This document shows, piece after piece, positions 13,453 to 25,900 of a stretch of DNA of 64,000 nt. A model generated the notes under the pieces. It searched no databases. It saw only the letters and a list, made by a program, of their open reading frames with translations, and had not been told where the DNA came from. This stretch comes from Cyanophora paradoxa CCMP329 (taxonomy: Eukaryota; Plantae; Glaucophyta), in contig QPMI01000005.1 of NCBI GenBank assembly GCA_004431415.1, positions 1,116,001 to 1,180,000 on the forward strand. The letters are read 5' to 3'. Made by a program: the position numbers and the translations under genes. The stretch's first letter is position 1; each line of letters starts with the position of its first letter.

Positions 13453-14162
13453 GCGCGGTTCGCGCGCCGTGCCGTGAGCACGTACGCGAGCTCTTCCACC
13501 GCCAGCGCCGCCAGCGCCTCCCGCGCGCCCCGCTCGGGTTGGGCTACCTGAAGGAGGACCTCGGGCGAGGGGGGTACCGACCCAACCTCCACTTCGCGGG
13601 GCGTGTACCCCCCCTTCGTTCGCGACAGTCGCCTCGGCGTCCGTTTCGCTGCAATTGTGTGTGCCCTCTCTCCGCTTCGCCTCATCTCCCCGCAGGACGA
13701 GGACGGCGCGACGGCGCTGCAGGCCAACTGCGTACAACCGCGTACGCGCAGGTCCACAAGGGGCGTACAACTGCGCCTTCAGCAGCGCTCTGCCTCCTCC
13801 GTATACGTACCCCCTCTGTCGGATGGTTGTACATGTACTACAGAGACGATCAAGTTGAACAATTGCAAATTTGAATGCGTTTACGTACGAACACGAGTTG
13901 GTTAACGTTTCATCATGCATTCAGTGTACGTATACACTATGAAAGACGCAGTATGTACAGCTTGGCCCAGTGGATAAAGAACAAAAACAACGCATTACTC
14001 GTGTTAACGTTCGAAATACTGTAAACTTGCTCCAATAAATTACGCTCATGGTCATAAATTACGTATATATACGTTCACAACTGATCGATTGAGTGAACTT
14101 GCTCTTCGAAACTCGCGAATGCATCTGGACGGCGCCGCGGCTTCGTGCTGCCAGCGAACTAG

Positions 14163-17000
14163 CTAACTGGCGTCGGGGGCGCCGGTGCGGGCCCGCTTGT
14201 CCGGGCGGGGGTCGCCGTCTGAGAGGGTCGAAGGGTACGCCCCGAGGCGGTCGAGGGGTACGCCCCTCTCCCGCGCGAAATCGAGGAGCGCCTCCTCGAC
14301 GGCCCTGTCCCGCGCCGCGATCGCGCGGCGCAGCACCGTCGATCCGCCGGCGTCCTACGGCGAATTGAGCAGGGAGCTCGAGGGAAGGGGGCGGGGGCGG
14401 GGGCCGCCGGGCCGACCTCGAGCAGGATGTCGGCGCCGGCGTCGAGGAGGGCCCGGACGGCCGCGGGGGTACACTCGCGCGCCGCGAAGTGGAGGAGGAA
14501 CTCGGTACCCCCCTCGCCCCAGCGCGGCTCCTCCAGGAGGGCCCGGCGCACCCCCAGCGCCTCCAGCGTGGGTCCGTCGAGCTTCAGAAGCTCTGCGGAG
14601 AGAGGGGTGAGAGGCCGTGCCAGGTACTAGCTATATAGGAGGTATGGGAGGGCAGCGGGGCGCACCGACGGCGTGGGCAGCAATGTGCGAGCGCTCGTGT
14701 TGCGTTGATTTGAATCCGTCGAGGAGCAGTTGGAGCGGGGTGCGCCCCGCTCCGTCCACCACGGGCAAGAGATCCAGCCCCGCGCGGGCCGCCGCCTCCA
14801 GCAGCGCCTTCGCCGCCTCCACCCGCCCAAGCTGACAGGCGACGTGCAGCGCCGTGGCGCCCGCCGCGTCCTGCGCGCGGCGCGTGAGCAGCGGGAGTGT
14901 GGGGCGTGGGCGCGAAAGCTCGGCTCGGCGCGCGCGCGCGCCTGGCGGAGCGGGTCAGCGCCGGCCTCGAGCAGAGCCTCGACGGAATCGTGGTCGCCGC
15001 CTTTGGCAGCTAGGTGGAGGGGCGTGCGGCAGCTCCCTGCGCGCAGCGGCACGTTCACGAGGGGAGCCAGGCCCCACTCTGCGATCAGCTGCGCTGAGGG
15101 TCAGCGGAGGACGGCGGAGGAGCAAGACAAGGCAAGGCGCACCTTTCTGAGGGGGGCCCGCCCGATATTGATGAGGAGGTGCAGCGCCGTCGGACCCTCC
15201 CGCAGCTCCGGAATCTCGCGCAGCAACGAGGGGTCGGTCCTAAAGTAGGGCGGCACCTGTCCGCAGAGCGGTCAGCACCGGCAGCCAGGGCCAGGGCGCC
15301 CGGAGCGCGGGCGTACCCAGGGGCCGGTCGAGATTGAAATCGATGCTTCGTCGAGGCGGGCGAGGGGCGAGACGCCGAGCTCCGACACGAGGCGCCGCGC
15401 TTGGCCGATCCAGCTCCGCCCCAGGCAGAGCGCTGCGGGTGGCGATAAATCAGTCGTGAACGGTGCGCAGGGACGAGGGACGGGTACGTCGGACCCTTGA
15501 AGAAGGCGAGGACGACGAAGCGGGGTACGTCGAGGCGGGACCCCTCGGGGCGGGGGTACGCCGTCCCGTCGAAGTGCCCGCGGAGCTTTCCCAGCGACTC
15601 GGCGTCCATGTTGAGCTGCGCCGCTGTCAGAGAGACGGGGCAGCCACACGAAGGCAGCGGGGGGCGCACGAGGCTCCTGCCGATGACGAGGCGGCCGGGG
15701 CGGCGCGCCTCTTCCGCGAGCCTCTTGAAGTCGTCGCTGCCCGCGTGGTAGCCGGGCTGGACCTGCCGGACTCTTGAGCTCGGCGAGATGCGCGGCGCGC
15801 TGAGCGGCGCGGCGCACGGCATAGAGGTCGCGAAGGGCGGGAAGGCGGGCGAGGAGAGAACGCAGCTCAATAAAGTCGACGCCCGCGAAGGACACGTCCA
15901 GGCCCTCCAGCCGGGGGGAGCTGTCCGAAGGGGGTGCAGGTCAGAAGTTAAAAAGGGGAGCGAGAAGACAACGAAAACGAGAGCTAGATGTGTTTTTATT
16001 GGGGAGGGGGGGGGGGGGGGGGGTTACACGCACTCGAGGCCGTCGAGAGCCTTGAGGAGCGGTCCGGGGTGGAACTTTCGAGGGTCCAGCGGTCCAGGAA
16101 CCTTACCCCCCTGGCACACGCGTGTACCCCTGCCGAGCGCTCGGGCGGGAGCGGGCGCGGCGGCGGTTCGCAGCGCTCACCTGAGGAAGAGGCGCTCGAG
16201 GGAGGCGGCGCAGGCGCCGAGGAGGCGGCCGAGGGCGGGGAGGGGTACGAGGAGATCGGAGAGGTCCAGGTGGCGGAGGCGGGGCAGGGAGAAGCCGGCG
16301 GGGAGTTTCTCGAGCGCGTCAAGGCCGCAGAAAGGGCCATCGGCAGCGACGGCTCCGGCGAGGGAGAGGTGCGTGAGGTTCGGGCAGGCGCAGAGGATGC
16401 AGAGAAGGCCGCCGGCCTCGCCGCCGGCCGAGGAGCCGGTGCCGAAGTCGACGCTGCCGAGATGCAGCCGCTCGACGCGCTCGCCGAACTTTGAGCAGAG
16501 CCGCGCGACGTCCAGGATCGTGTCGCCAGCTGCAGCTGCGCCTGCCGCTGTAGTCCAGCTAGTGCCGGCGTTCGTTCCGCCCGACACCGTGCTTACTCCC
16601 TGCAGCAAAAGTAAATCAATTGCGAGTCCGGACAGCTTTAGCTCGCGGCTCGCAGCAGGTGCCGGGCTAGCGCTTCCACATGCATATGCATGCGAACGCT
16701 CCCGCGGGCAATCGGCGCACCGGGCGGGCTCCTGTATTGCCGCCAACGAAGACGGGCTCTGTAAAAAGCTTCGATGCATCTCCGTACGCGAGCTGCTGGA
16801 AGCGCCGCCGCGCCGAGGCGAGGCCGCGCAGGACCGCCATCGTACCGCTGACGACCGCCGCTTTCTCCATCACCAACAGTATCAGCTCGTCTGTGATACA
16901 ATGCACGTCTCAGCTCGCACGCCGGAGCAACGGGAGTGGAGCAGATGACAGGACAGGCACCCGGCAGGCTCATGAGCGACGCGTCCTGTTGCTCGGCCAT
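14163..17000 (-). CDS. F-box / LRR / ankyrin-repeat protein, paralogue B
   Basis: Inverted close copy of A with the same MAEQQDASLMSLP start and near-identical first introns. It continues through 'RTPLHLAAKGG', 'FLLHFAARECTPAAVRALLDAGAD' and ends '...RPDKRARTGAPDAS*'. Confidence 0.85.
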
Positions 17001-17159
17001 CGTTGCGGGTGGCCGAGGAGGGCGCGGCAGCTCGACTTAGTTGCCTGCCGGCGCCGGGGGCCGGGTGGCCTGCCGTGCGAGGGGGCTACAACTTCTCAAG
17101 CTGGCGGCAGGTGAACGCGGCCCGTCGCTCGTTCGAGCGCTGCAGAGGTGTCAGTGGCG

Positions 17160-20100
17160 ATGTCGGGGCACGCGTACGAGGACGTGTCGCTCTTGAGGCT
17201 GCCGGGTGCGCGCGCTGGTCTTCTACCGCGCTGCGCTCGCCTGTTAATCCAGCGTCGACCTGACTTGTTCTGCAACACAGACGAGCTGATCTTGCTCGTG
17301 ATGGAGAAAGCTGCGGCCGTCAGCGGCACGATGGCGGTCTTGCGCGGCCTGGCCTCGTCGCGCCGCCGCTTCCAGCAGCTCGCGTACGGAGACGCATCGA
17401 AGCTGTTTCTAGAGCCTGTCTTTGTAAGCCATCCTGCCCGATTCCGCCCGGGGCGCCTATCAGCGCACGATCGTCGACGTTCGCCGACCGGCTGCGATAC
17501 CGAAGACACGATCCTCGACGTCGCGCGGCTGTGCAGAAAGTTCGGCCATCGCATCGAGCGACTGTGCCTCGGACTCGTTAGCTTCGACCCATCGGGCGAC
17601 CGCGACGTCGACGGTAGCTCTGACAGCGGCAACTCCGGCAGCGAGAGCGACAGCTCCGGCAGCTCGAGCTCCAGCGACAGCCTCCAGCTGCAGGAGGTCC
17701 TCCGCGCCTGCCCGAACCTCACCCACCTCTCCCTCTCCGACGCCTACAGCTACGACGAAACCGAGAGCGGCGCTTTCAGACACCTTGCCGCGCTCGAAGA
17801 GCTCCCCGCCGGCTTCTCCCTGCCCCGCCTCCGCCACCTCGACCTCTCCGGCCTCACCGTACCCCTCCCCGCCCTCCGCCGCCTCCTCGGCGCCTGCGCG
17901 GCGTCCCTCGAGCGCCTCTTCCTCAGGTGAGCGCCTCTCGGCGCGTACCCGCCCTCTCCCGCGATCGATCGAGCGCTCGTGATCGGCAGGGGTACGATGC
18001 TTCTCTCCTCTGACGTGGAACCGATACCGTTCGTATCGCTCGTCCTCGCGCTTGAAGGCCTCGAGTGCGCTGTACCCTCACCGGCCTCTTCTCGCACCTG
18101 CTCTCGTCGAACGTTAACGGCGCCCCCTCAAATCCGCGCGTACCCCCTGCGCGCAGCTTCCCCCGACTGGAGAGCCTGGACGTCACGAGGACGGACTGCG
18201 CACCAAGCCAGCTGCGCTCCCTCCTCGCCCGCCTTCCGGCCCTCCGCGACCTTTACTTAGTGCGCCTTTTCGGGACGAATTCGAAGATCGTATGAGGGCC
18301 CCCGGGCCTCTGTAACGGCTGCCGCTGGCAGATGCTTTTCCCCCGGATGAATCCGGACGATGCGCGGGGGTACTGGGAGTCCCTCGCAGATGAGGTCCGC
18401 CGCCCCGGCCGCCTTCTCGTCAACGAGAGCCTCGTGCGTGACGTACCCCCTCCCCGAACCTTCCCTCGAATCCAAAAGGGCCCATTCTCGTTTTCCGCAG
18501 CTCAAGATGGACGCCGAGTCGCTGGGAAAGCTCCGCGGGCACTTCGACGGGACGGCGTACCCCCGCCCCGAGGGGTCCCGCCTCGACGTACCCCGCCTTG
18601 TCGTCCCCGCCTTCTTCAAAGGTGAAATTCCGTCTACCCCTCGACTTCCCCATCCGCGTCTGACCCCCCGTAGCGCTTGGGTACGGGTGGCGCGGCGTTC
18701 GCGCCGCGCGGCGGCTCGTGGCCACGTTCGGCGCCTCCTCTCTCGCCCGCCTCGACGAGTCGTCGGCCAGCCCCTGGGCGAGCCCTCCTTCCGCGATCGG
18801 CGCGCGCGCGCGTGCCCGCTCCGCTGCTTTCCCCTAACCTCTTCCTTCTTCTTCAGGTACCCCCCTTCTTTCGGGACGCCGCCGCGGTGCTGGCGCGGCA
18901 GGGGGCGCCGTGCGCCGAGGGCGCGACCGCCCTCCACGCGCTCGCCTCCGGGGTCTTAACGACGGCCGAAGTTCGGCAGGCGAGTACTAGTACCCGTCTC
19001 CCGCAGGCGCATCCCGGCGCCTTCGCGCCGAGCTCGGCTCAGCTTTTCGGCGCAGCTGATCGCGGAGTGGGGCCTGGAATCTTTTGTGAACGTTCCCCTC
19101 CGCTCCGGCAGCCGCCGCACGCCCCTCCACCTCGCCGTCGCGCACGCGCCCTCTGTCGTGGGGACTCTGCTGGAGCTCGGCGCCGACCCCTTCCGCCGGG
19201 CGCGCTCCCGCCCGCCCGCCCGCCCGCCCACAATCTCGGCGCCCCCGCCCCTCACGCGGCGCGCAGGATGCGGAGGGCGCCACCGCTTTGCACGTCGCCT
19301 GCGCGTGGGGGCGCCTGGACGACGGCGCTGCACCTCCTCATCAATATCGGGCGGGCCCCCCTCAGAGAGGTGCGCCCGGCCTTGCCCCTTCGGCATCCTC
19401 CGCTGACCCTCAGCGCAGCTGATCGCGGAGTGGGGTCTGGAATCTTTTGTGAACGTTCCCCTCCGCTCCGGCAGCCGCCGCACGCCCCTCCACCTCGCCG
19501 CCGCGCACGCGCCGGGGCTGGTCCAGGTCCTTCTCGACATCGGCGCCAACCCAATCCTCCAGGCACGTGCACGCAATCGCACCTCCTGATCACGAGCTCA
19601 TCTGACACACGTGTATACGTACAGGACGCGGCAGGCGCCACAGCGCTGCACACCGCTTGCGAGAGCGGATGCGTGGAAACTGTGGAGGCACTGCTGGATG
19701 CAGCAGCCCGCAAGGGCCTCGACCTCCTGTCGGTCCGAGACGAGGCCGGCCGCTCACCGCTCCAGCTGCTGCTCCTCGGGCGCGGCGACTCCCGCGCTCG
19801 ATCGCGGATCGCGACGCACTTCGTTGGTACCCCCCTATGCCCCACTCCCTTTAAGCTCTGCCCCTGCCCCTTCCCCCAAGCGCCTCGTAACCTCCTTTTA
19901 CAGAGTTCCAAGGGCTCGACGAATCCCAGCTGGAGACTTACGGGGTACGCCGGGCCTTCCTGGAGGAGCCGGTCTGGGGCGAGGGGGGTACCGAGTTCCT
20001 TCTCCACTTCGCGGCGCGCGAGTGTACCCCCGCGGCCGTCCGGGCCCTCCTCGAAGCCGGTGCCGACCCCTGCCTCAAGGTCCGCCCCAGCCTCCTAGGA

Positions 20101-20326
20101 CTGATTCAATTCTTGTACATTGATTACCGCCTTTGAACGATATCAGGACAGGGACGGGTGGACAGTGCTGGATTTCGCCCAACTATGGCGCAAAGCGGCG
20201 CTGAAAGAAGCGATTGTTTCGTTCGCGAGCAAGAAGGGCGTCTTCGACAAACTCTGCCGCGGAGACCTGGACTCGGCAGCCGGCTCTGCTTCTCGGCCCG
20301 AGAAACGGGCGCGCGCCGCCCCGTAA
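17160..20326 (+). CDS. F-box / LRR / ankyrin-repeat protein, paralogue C
   Basis: 'MSGHAYEDVSLLRLP|DELILLVMEKAAAVSG...', the same LRR exons, an extra ankyrin exon pair (~19055-19200 and ~19420-19562), and the end '...RPEKRARAAP*'. Confidence 0.85.
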
Positions 20327-20379
20327 TGCGTGCCCGAATTCGCGAGCGCTAGCTGTAATTCTGTTGACGTAGTACACGT

Positions 20380-20760
20380 GAATAGTACTTATGGCATTGA
20401 CTTGAAATGCGGTGCCCAATAGTTTCGATTCGTAGTATATACGTATACGTATACGTACGTATACGCGGTCGCTGCTTCACACGCTCGACATTGCACGGTT
20501 CGCCGTTGGGGGCCTAGAACGTGGATGGATAGCCTCAGCCCTAGGCAGATACAATGAGCAGGGAAGCCCGCCAAAGGCTGGGGCTGCCAGGCTGGGCCTT
20601 GAAACTAGTACTTATGGCATTCACTTCTCCCTCGCGCTAAGAACTTATGGCATTTACTTGAGACGAACAGCGGCACAGGGGTGGAGCTAGATAGCCTCGG
20701 CCCTAGGCCCTGATCGGGATACCAGTACTTAGGGCATTGACTTCTCCATCGTGCGCAAGG
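20380..20760. repeat. Degenerate direct repeats in the convergent intergenic region
   Basis: 'agtacttatggcatt(g/c/t)actt' variants at ~20384, 20606, 20642 and 20723; 'gatagcctc(a/g)gccctaggc' at ~20528 and ~20690. Confidence 0.7.
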
Positions 20761-20810
20761 AGCAGAGAGCGGGGGATCGGGCTGGGGCGGCACCCGGGCT
20801 GGGGAGCTAG

Positions 20811-22834
20811 CTACAGGGTGGCGGTGCTGCTGGTGGGGCCGGGGGAGGAGGCGCGGCGCGACTTGCGGGTCTTGAAGCGCGGGGCGGAGCCGAAGCCGAA
20901 CGCCGGCGGCTTCCTCGCCCGCAGGCTCACCGCGCTGTCGACCGGGCTGTAGAACTTGTTCGGCGTCACCGCTGCCGCCCCGCCCCGCTTAGCGCGCCGG
21001 ACTTAGGCGAAGCTGAGCGAAGCAGAGGGCGCACTGGGGCGGAGGAGGGGTCGCTGGATCTCGGAGCCGAACTTGGGCCCCCCGAAGTTCTTGTGGACGA
21101 CGCCCCGCGCCTGCGTCTCCCCGATCACGGGGCTCAGCGTGTAGCTCCCCGGCCCTGTACCCCCCCATTGAGCCGTCGAGCCGCTGAGCCGCGCGGGGAC
21201 CGCTCAGCTGACCGGGGAGCTTCCTGCTCTTCTCAATGGAGGTCGAGCCCGGGGCCGGCGTGCGCCCGAGGAGGCTGTACGAGTGCGACGTGTTCGGCCG
21301 CGTGCCCCAGTTCGGCGCCGAGTAGGCCCCTGCGCCCCGCCGCGAGCTCAGCTGAGCGAGGGGGGTACGGGGCGGCGGCGGACCGGGCCCCGGGCCCTCC
21401 AGGCCGTGGTAGGCGCCGGACTTGGCGAACTCCTGCCCCGCGAACGGCAGCTCTGGGGGGTACGGGAATCGCGTCCGGTTCGGAGGGCGGGGGGTGCGGT
21501 GCGGGGCGGGCGCACTGCGGAGGCTTTCGGGCGAGCTGCGGGCCGGTCCCGTCCCGAAGCGGTGCCGCGGCGGGCTGCGCGCGCGCGCGCAGGGCTCGGA
21601 GGGGGGTACAGGTACAGGGTCCGGGGCGGGGGGTACGCGGACCTGCGGAGGACGCGGTCGAGGCTGGTGGCGACGTCGTACTTGCCGAAGGCCTCTTTCG
21701 TCGGCGTCGCGAGCCACGGGTTCGGGTGCCCCTGCGCCCCCGGCCCGCGCGTCAGCGCCGGCGGGGAGGGGCGCGCGGGGCGGCGGGCGGGGCGCACGAG
21801 CTTCGTGGGCCAGCCGTTGCCGACCTGGCCGATGACCGGCGGCAGCGGGTAGTGCCCCGGGCCCGGACCGTCGTCTGCGCCGCCAGTCAGCGGGCGGCGC
21901 GGGAAGCGCAGCGGCGGCGGGGCGGACTCTTGGTGCCGGGGAGCGGGCGCCGGGGGATGATGCTGCGCTTCGGGGCGTCGCCGATCGTGGTGGGGATGTG
22001 GTAGTGGCCAGGGCCCGGGTAGTCATCGGGGTCGTCGATCAAATCCGCGCGGGAGCGCGTGGTCGAGGCGGCGCCGCTCATCCCGCCGCCCGTCCGCTGC
22101 CCGAAGTGGTCGCTCTTCGCCGGGCTCGTCCGCCCCGACTTCGGCGCGTGCGCTGGCGCAGTCGTCGCCCGCGCCGCCGGCTCCGGCGTGGGAGCGGCCG
22201 GCGGCGGCGCGCGCGCGTCGCTCGCCGGCGCGGCCGCCGGTTCGTCAGCGGCTGCGGCGTCCTGTGTCTGGCTGTGCCCGGCCTCCTCCTGCGCTTTGGC
22301 TGGCGGCTGCTCTGCGGGCGCCGCCGCCGCCGCTGCTGCTGCTACAGGCGCCGGCGCCGCTGGCGCTGCTTTCGGGGAGTCTTTCTTGGGCTCCTCTGCC
22401 TTGGGGGGCTCCGAAGCGGTTTCAGCGGCCGGCTTCGGTGGTTCCTTCGTCGCCGCTTCCTCCTGTGGCGCCTTGGGGGACTCCTTGGGCTCTTCCTTGG
22501 CCGCATCGTCCTTGGGGGCCTCGACCGGAGTGGGGACTGGTGACGCCTTCGGAGAGTCCTTCTTGAGCTCTTGTGGTGCTGCAGGCTCCGCCGATGGCTC
22601 CTCGGCCTTAGCTGGAGTGACGGCGGCCTGTGCTGGGTCGGTCTCAACTTTAGCTGCGGGCTCGGGTGGCGGCTCCGACGCAATCGGTGGAGCATCTTCT
22701 GGCGGATCTGGCTTCATCTCTGGTTCTGCGGGCTCTTGAGGCGCCGCGGGCACGGGCTCTGCCGGACTTGCGGCCACTTCGTCGGCGGCCTCCCCCGTGG
22801 GCGGAGCCGCTGCGCTGGCCTCCTCTGTGCTCAT
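20811..22834 (-). CDS. SHIPPO-repeat (ODF3/STPG-like, PGPGxY) flagellar protein with a long Pro/Ala/Glu-rich N-terminus
   Basis: Repeats 'YPGPGHYHIP', 'GPGPGHYPLP', 'PGSYTL', a C-terminal 'PAFGFGSAPRF', ATG at 22834 and stop at 20811-20813. Confidence 0.8.
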
Positions 22835-22970
22835 GGAATGTATCGGGGCTGTCGGCTGCGCTGCTGAGGTCTTGGTGTGTGGTTGCTCTGGGCTGTATTC
22901 GGAATTGGTTGTTACCCCCCTCGGAAGCGTCCCCCCCTACCCCTCACCTCCATCGTGGCGGTCCCGCACG

Positions 22971-25900
22971 ATGGCGGGCTTACGGCCGGCGGTGGCATCC
23001 GCCGAGCTGGATGAGCGAGAGGTCACGATTAGGTTGGTTCCAGCGGCCTCCTCGCGGATCTTGGTGGCTGAGTGCAGCCCAGGTTCGAAAAGTTCCTAGG
23101 GCGAGGCGGCTTCGGGAGCGTGTTCCTCGCAGACTGGAATCGGACGACTGGTGCGTCGCTCTGGCGCTCTGCGTCCGCCGAACGGAAGGCGTGATCTGCC
23201 ACGACAGTCGCGGTGAAGGAGCTGGACGCACATCTCTTCGGTGCCGGCGAGGCGGGCGTTGAGAATGCCGTGCGGGACTTCGAACAGGAAGCACAAGTCC
23301 TCTCCCTCTTGAATCGTGAGCGGCCCATTGCCTCAATCAGGTTCACTCCTGACCGCGTTCCCATCGACGCAGATCCCAACATAGGTTCATTTTTGAAGCC
23401 GCGGAGTCGCTGTCCGCTCCCCGCGCGTGCTGACCAAACCACTTGTCTGTACAACCATCCGCAGTTCGCTTCTTCGGGATCCTGAGGAAGTCCAAGGTTC
23501 GCCCATCAGTCGCACAAGATTGCGCAGATACATGCGTGCACACGTGACGCCTGCTCACGCGCCGCGCCCGCCCACAGCGCTTCTTCCTCGTGTTCGAATG
23601 GGCCCGCGGTGGGACGATGAGGAAGTACTTGGACAGGCTAAGAGCAGACTCAAAGCGCTTGTCAGATCCAGAAGCGCTCTGCTTTGCATTAGATGTGGCA
23701 TCCGGTGCGCAGCGCCACCGCAGCCGTCCCTGCTCTCCATGCAGGCTCCTAGCCGCATCCCGCGCACTGCACAGCGCTAATCCTCCCCGGATTTGCGCGC
23801 TGCTCCGCACAGGTCTCAAGTACCTCGCGTCAAACGGGATCCTGCATCGAGACCTCAAGTCAGCCCTGCGCTCCCGCCGCGAGCGCCCGCGCTGATGCCG
23901 CGCGCGCTTCGCAGAGGAGACAACGTGCTGCTGTCTCCGGATCCATCGGGGCAGGTGCTCATGGCGAAGATCTCGGACTTCGGTCTTGCCAAGGTCCGCG
24001 GGCCCGCCGCGACCGCACCCCGCCTCCCCCGCTCAGACGTGCGGTGCGCAGGTCAAGAACAAGACGATGCAGCATTCGGAGGCCCCCAGCACGATCGGCA
24101 CTGTCCAGTTCCAGGCGCCGGGTTCGCTCCTACCCGCCGCACCCCGGTGCACGTCAGCGCTGCTCACGCTCTAGCGCAGAGCGCCTCAGCGCGGAACCGG
24201 CCCCGGCAACGGAGAAGAGCGATGTGTACTCTTTCGGGGCCATCATATGGGAGGCGAGCGCCGCCCCCGCTCGTTGCCGCGCCTGCTCCGTCCCCCTGCC
24301 CGCCCCGCCGCTCACGCGCCCCGCCGCACAGATGGTCACGGGCGAGATCCCGTGGAAGGGAAAAGACGTTTCCTTCGTGCGCACGCCCGGCGGGCGCTGG
24401 CGCCCGGACCTGTCGGGTCTCCCGGTCGCGCTCTGACCCCTGTCAACGCCGCAGTTCTTCCACTCGGTCGGGACGGGCCGCGCGGCTCTGAAGATCCCTA
24501 CGCACTGCCATCCGGTCCTGCAGGAGGTCATGCGCGGCTGCCTGGCGTTCGATCCCGAGCAGCGGCCCACGATTGACGAGGTCCACGCTCGGCTCCGCGC
24601 CGCCGCCTCCGCCGTGCCGCCCCCGGCCGTCTCCCCGGTGCCGCCCCTCAGCCGCGCTCCGGACCGCCGGCGGCCCGTTCCCGGCGCCGGGCACCACCGG
24701 CAGAACTCGGGCGGCGGCAGCTCCAGCTCGACGTTTAGCGGGACCGGGTTCCCGGGGTACACGACCAACTCCACCTTCTCCCCCTTCGGCACGTCCTCGG
24801 GGTACCCCACCGCGGGCTACCCCTCCTCCGGCCCCGCGTCCACCTCCCAGCCCTCCGACCCCTCCGCTTTCTACGTCTCGGATCCCAGGGCGTACCACCA
24901 GCAGGCCGCGGCTGCGGCGCAAGGCGGCGGCCCGGGCCCGGGCCCCGGCTCCGCCGCCCCGGAGGACCCTTCGGCGTACCAGGCGATGTACGTGCAGCCC
25001 GGCGGGGCGCCCAACGGCGTACCCGGCGCCACGGCGGGGGCACCCGGCCCCGGCTTCGGCCCGGCCGCCTCTGCCCCTCCCGCCGAGTCCCCCACGCACA
25101 CCCGCTCCCGCTCCGCTCCGTATCCCGTTCCTGAGGATGAGCAGGGGGCGTTTTACGTCGACAACCCCCGCGCGGCCGCAGCGGCGGCCGCCGCCTCGTT
25201 TTCCGCCTCTGTAGCCGCCGCCGCGGCGCCCTCCCCCGCCCGCCCATACGGCGGCACCTCCCCTCTCCAGGCCGGCATCCACGGCTCCTCCTCCGTACCC
25301 GCCTTCGGCCACCGGCGCGCCTCTACCCCCGAAGCGGACCGGTACCCGGAGAGCGACACGTCCCCCCCTCGGGTCTGGGGCGGGCACCACCACCCCTCGG
25401 CCTCCCCCCAGCACCAGAACCTTGACTCGTCCTTCTCCGTCGGGGCCGAAGGCCAGCCCTCCATGTCCCACTCTCAGTCCGTGGGAGCCCTCGCCTCCGC
25501 CTCCTCCTCCCTCCGCGAGAAATCCGCCGCCCGCCTCGCCGCCATGCGCCGCTCGAAGCAGAGCAACTCGGGGGAGCTCGCGCAGCCCTTCCCTTCCCCC
25601 CGGGACGCCGGCGCGCCACTCTCCGCCCGCCAGCACGCCTCGACGTCCCCCGCCATCGCCGAGGCTACCGCCGAGTCGCTGGCGGCCATCTCCGTCTTCA
25701 ACGCCGACCCCCCGGGCTCCTCCGCCGCCGCCGCCGCCGCTGCTGGGCCCTCTTCGTCCTCCCCGTCCCCTCCCTCGTCCTCCCACGGCCCCGCCCCTCA
25801 TCCGCACCCACACGCGCAACACCACCCGCACCCCGCCGCTGCCGCCGCCGCCGGCCCTACCCCTCCGTCCTCCGGCCCCCCCTCCGCCCCCTCGTCCTCG

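Noticed and set aside
20380-20760. Spaced ~20-bp repeats as a CRISPR array
   Set aside because: Spacing is irregular, the copies are degenerate, and the intervening sequence is itself partly duplicated.
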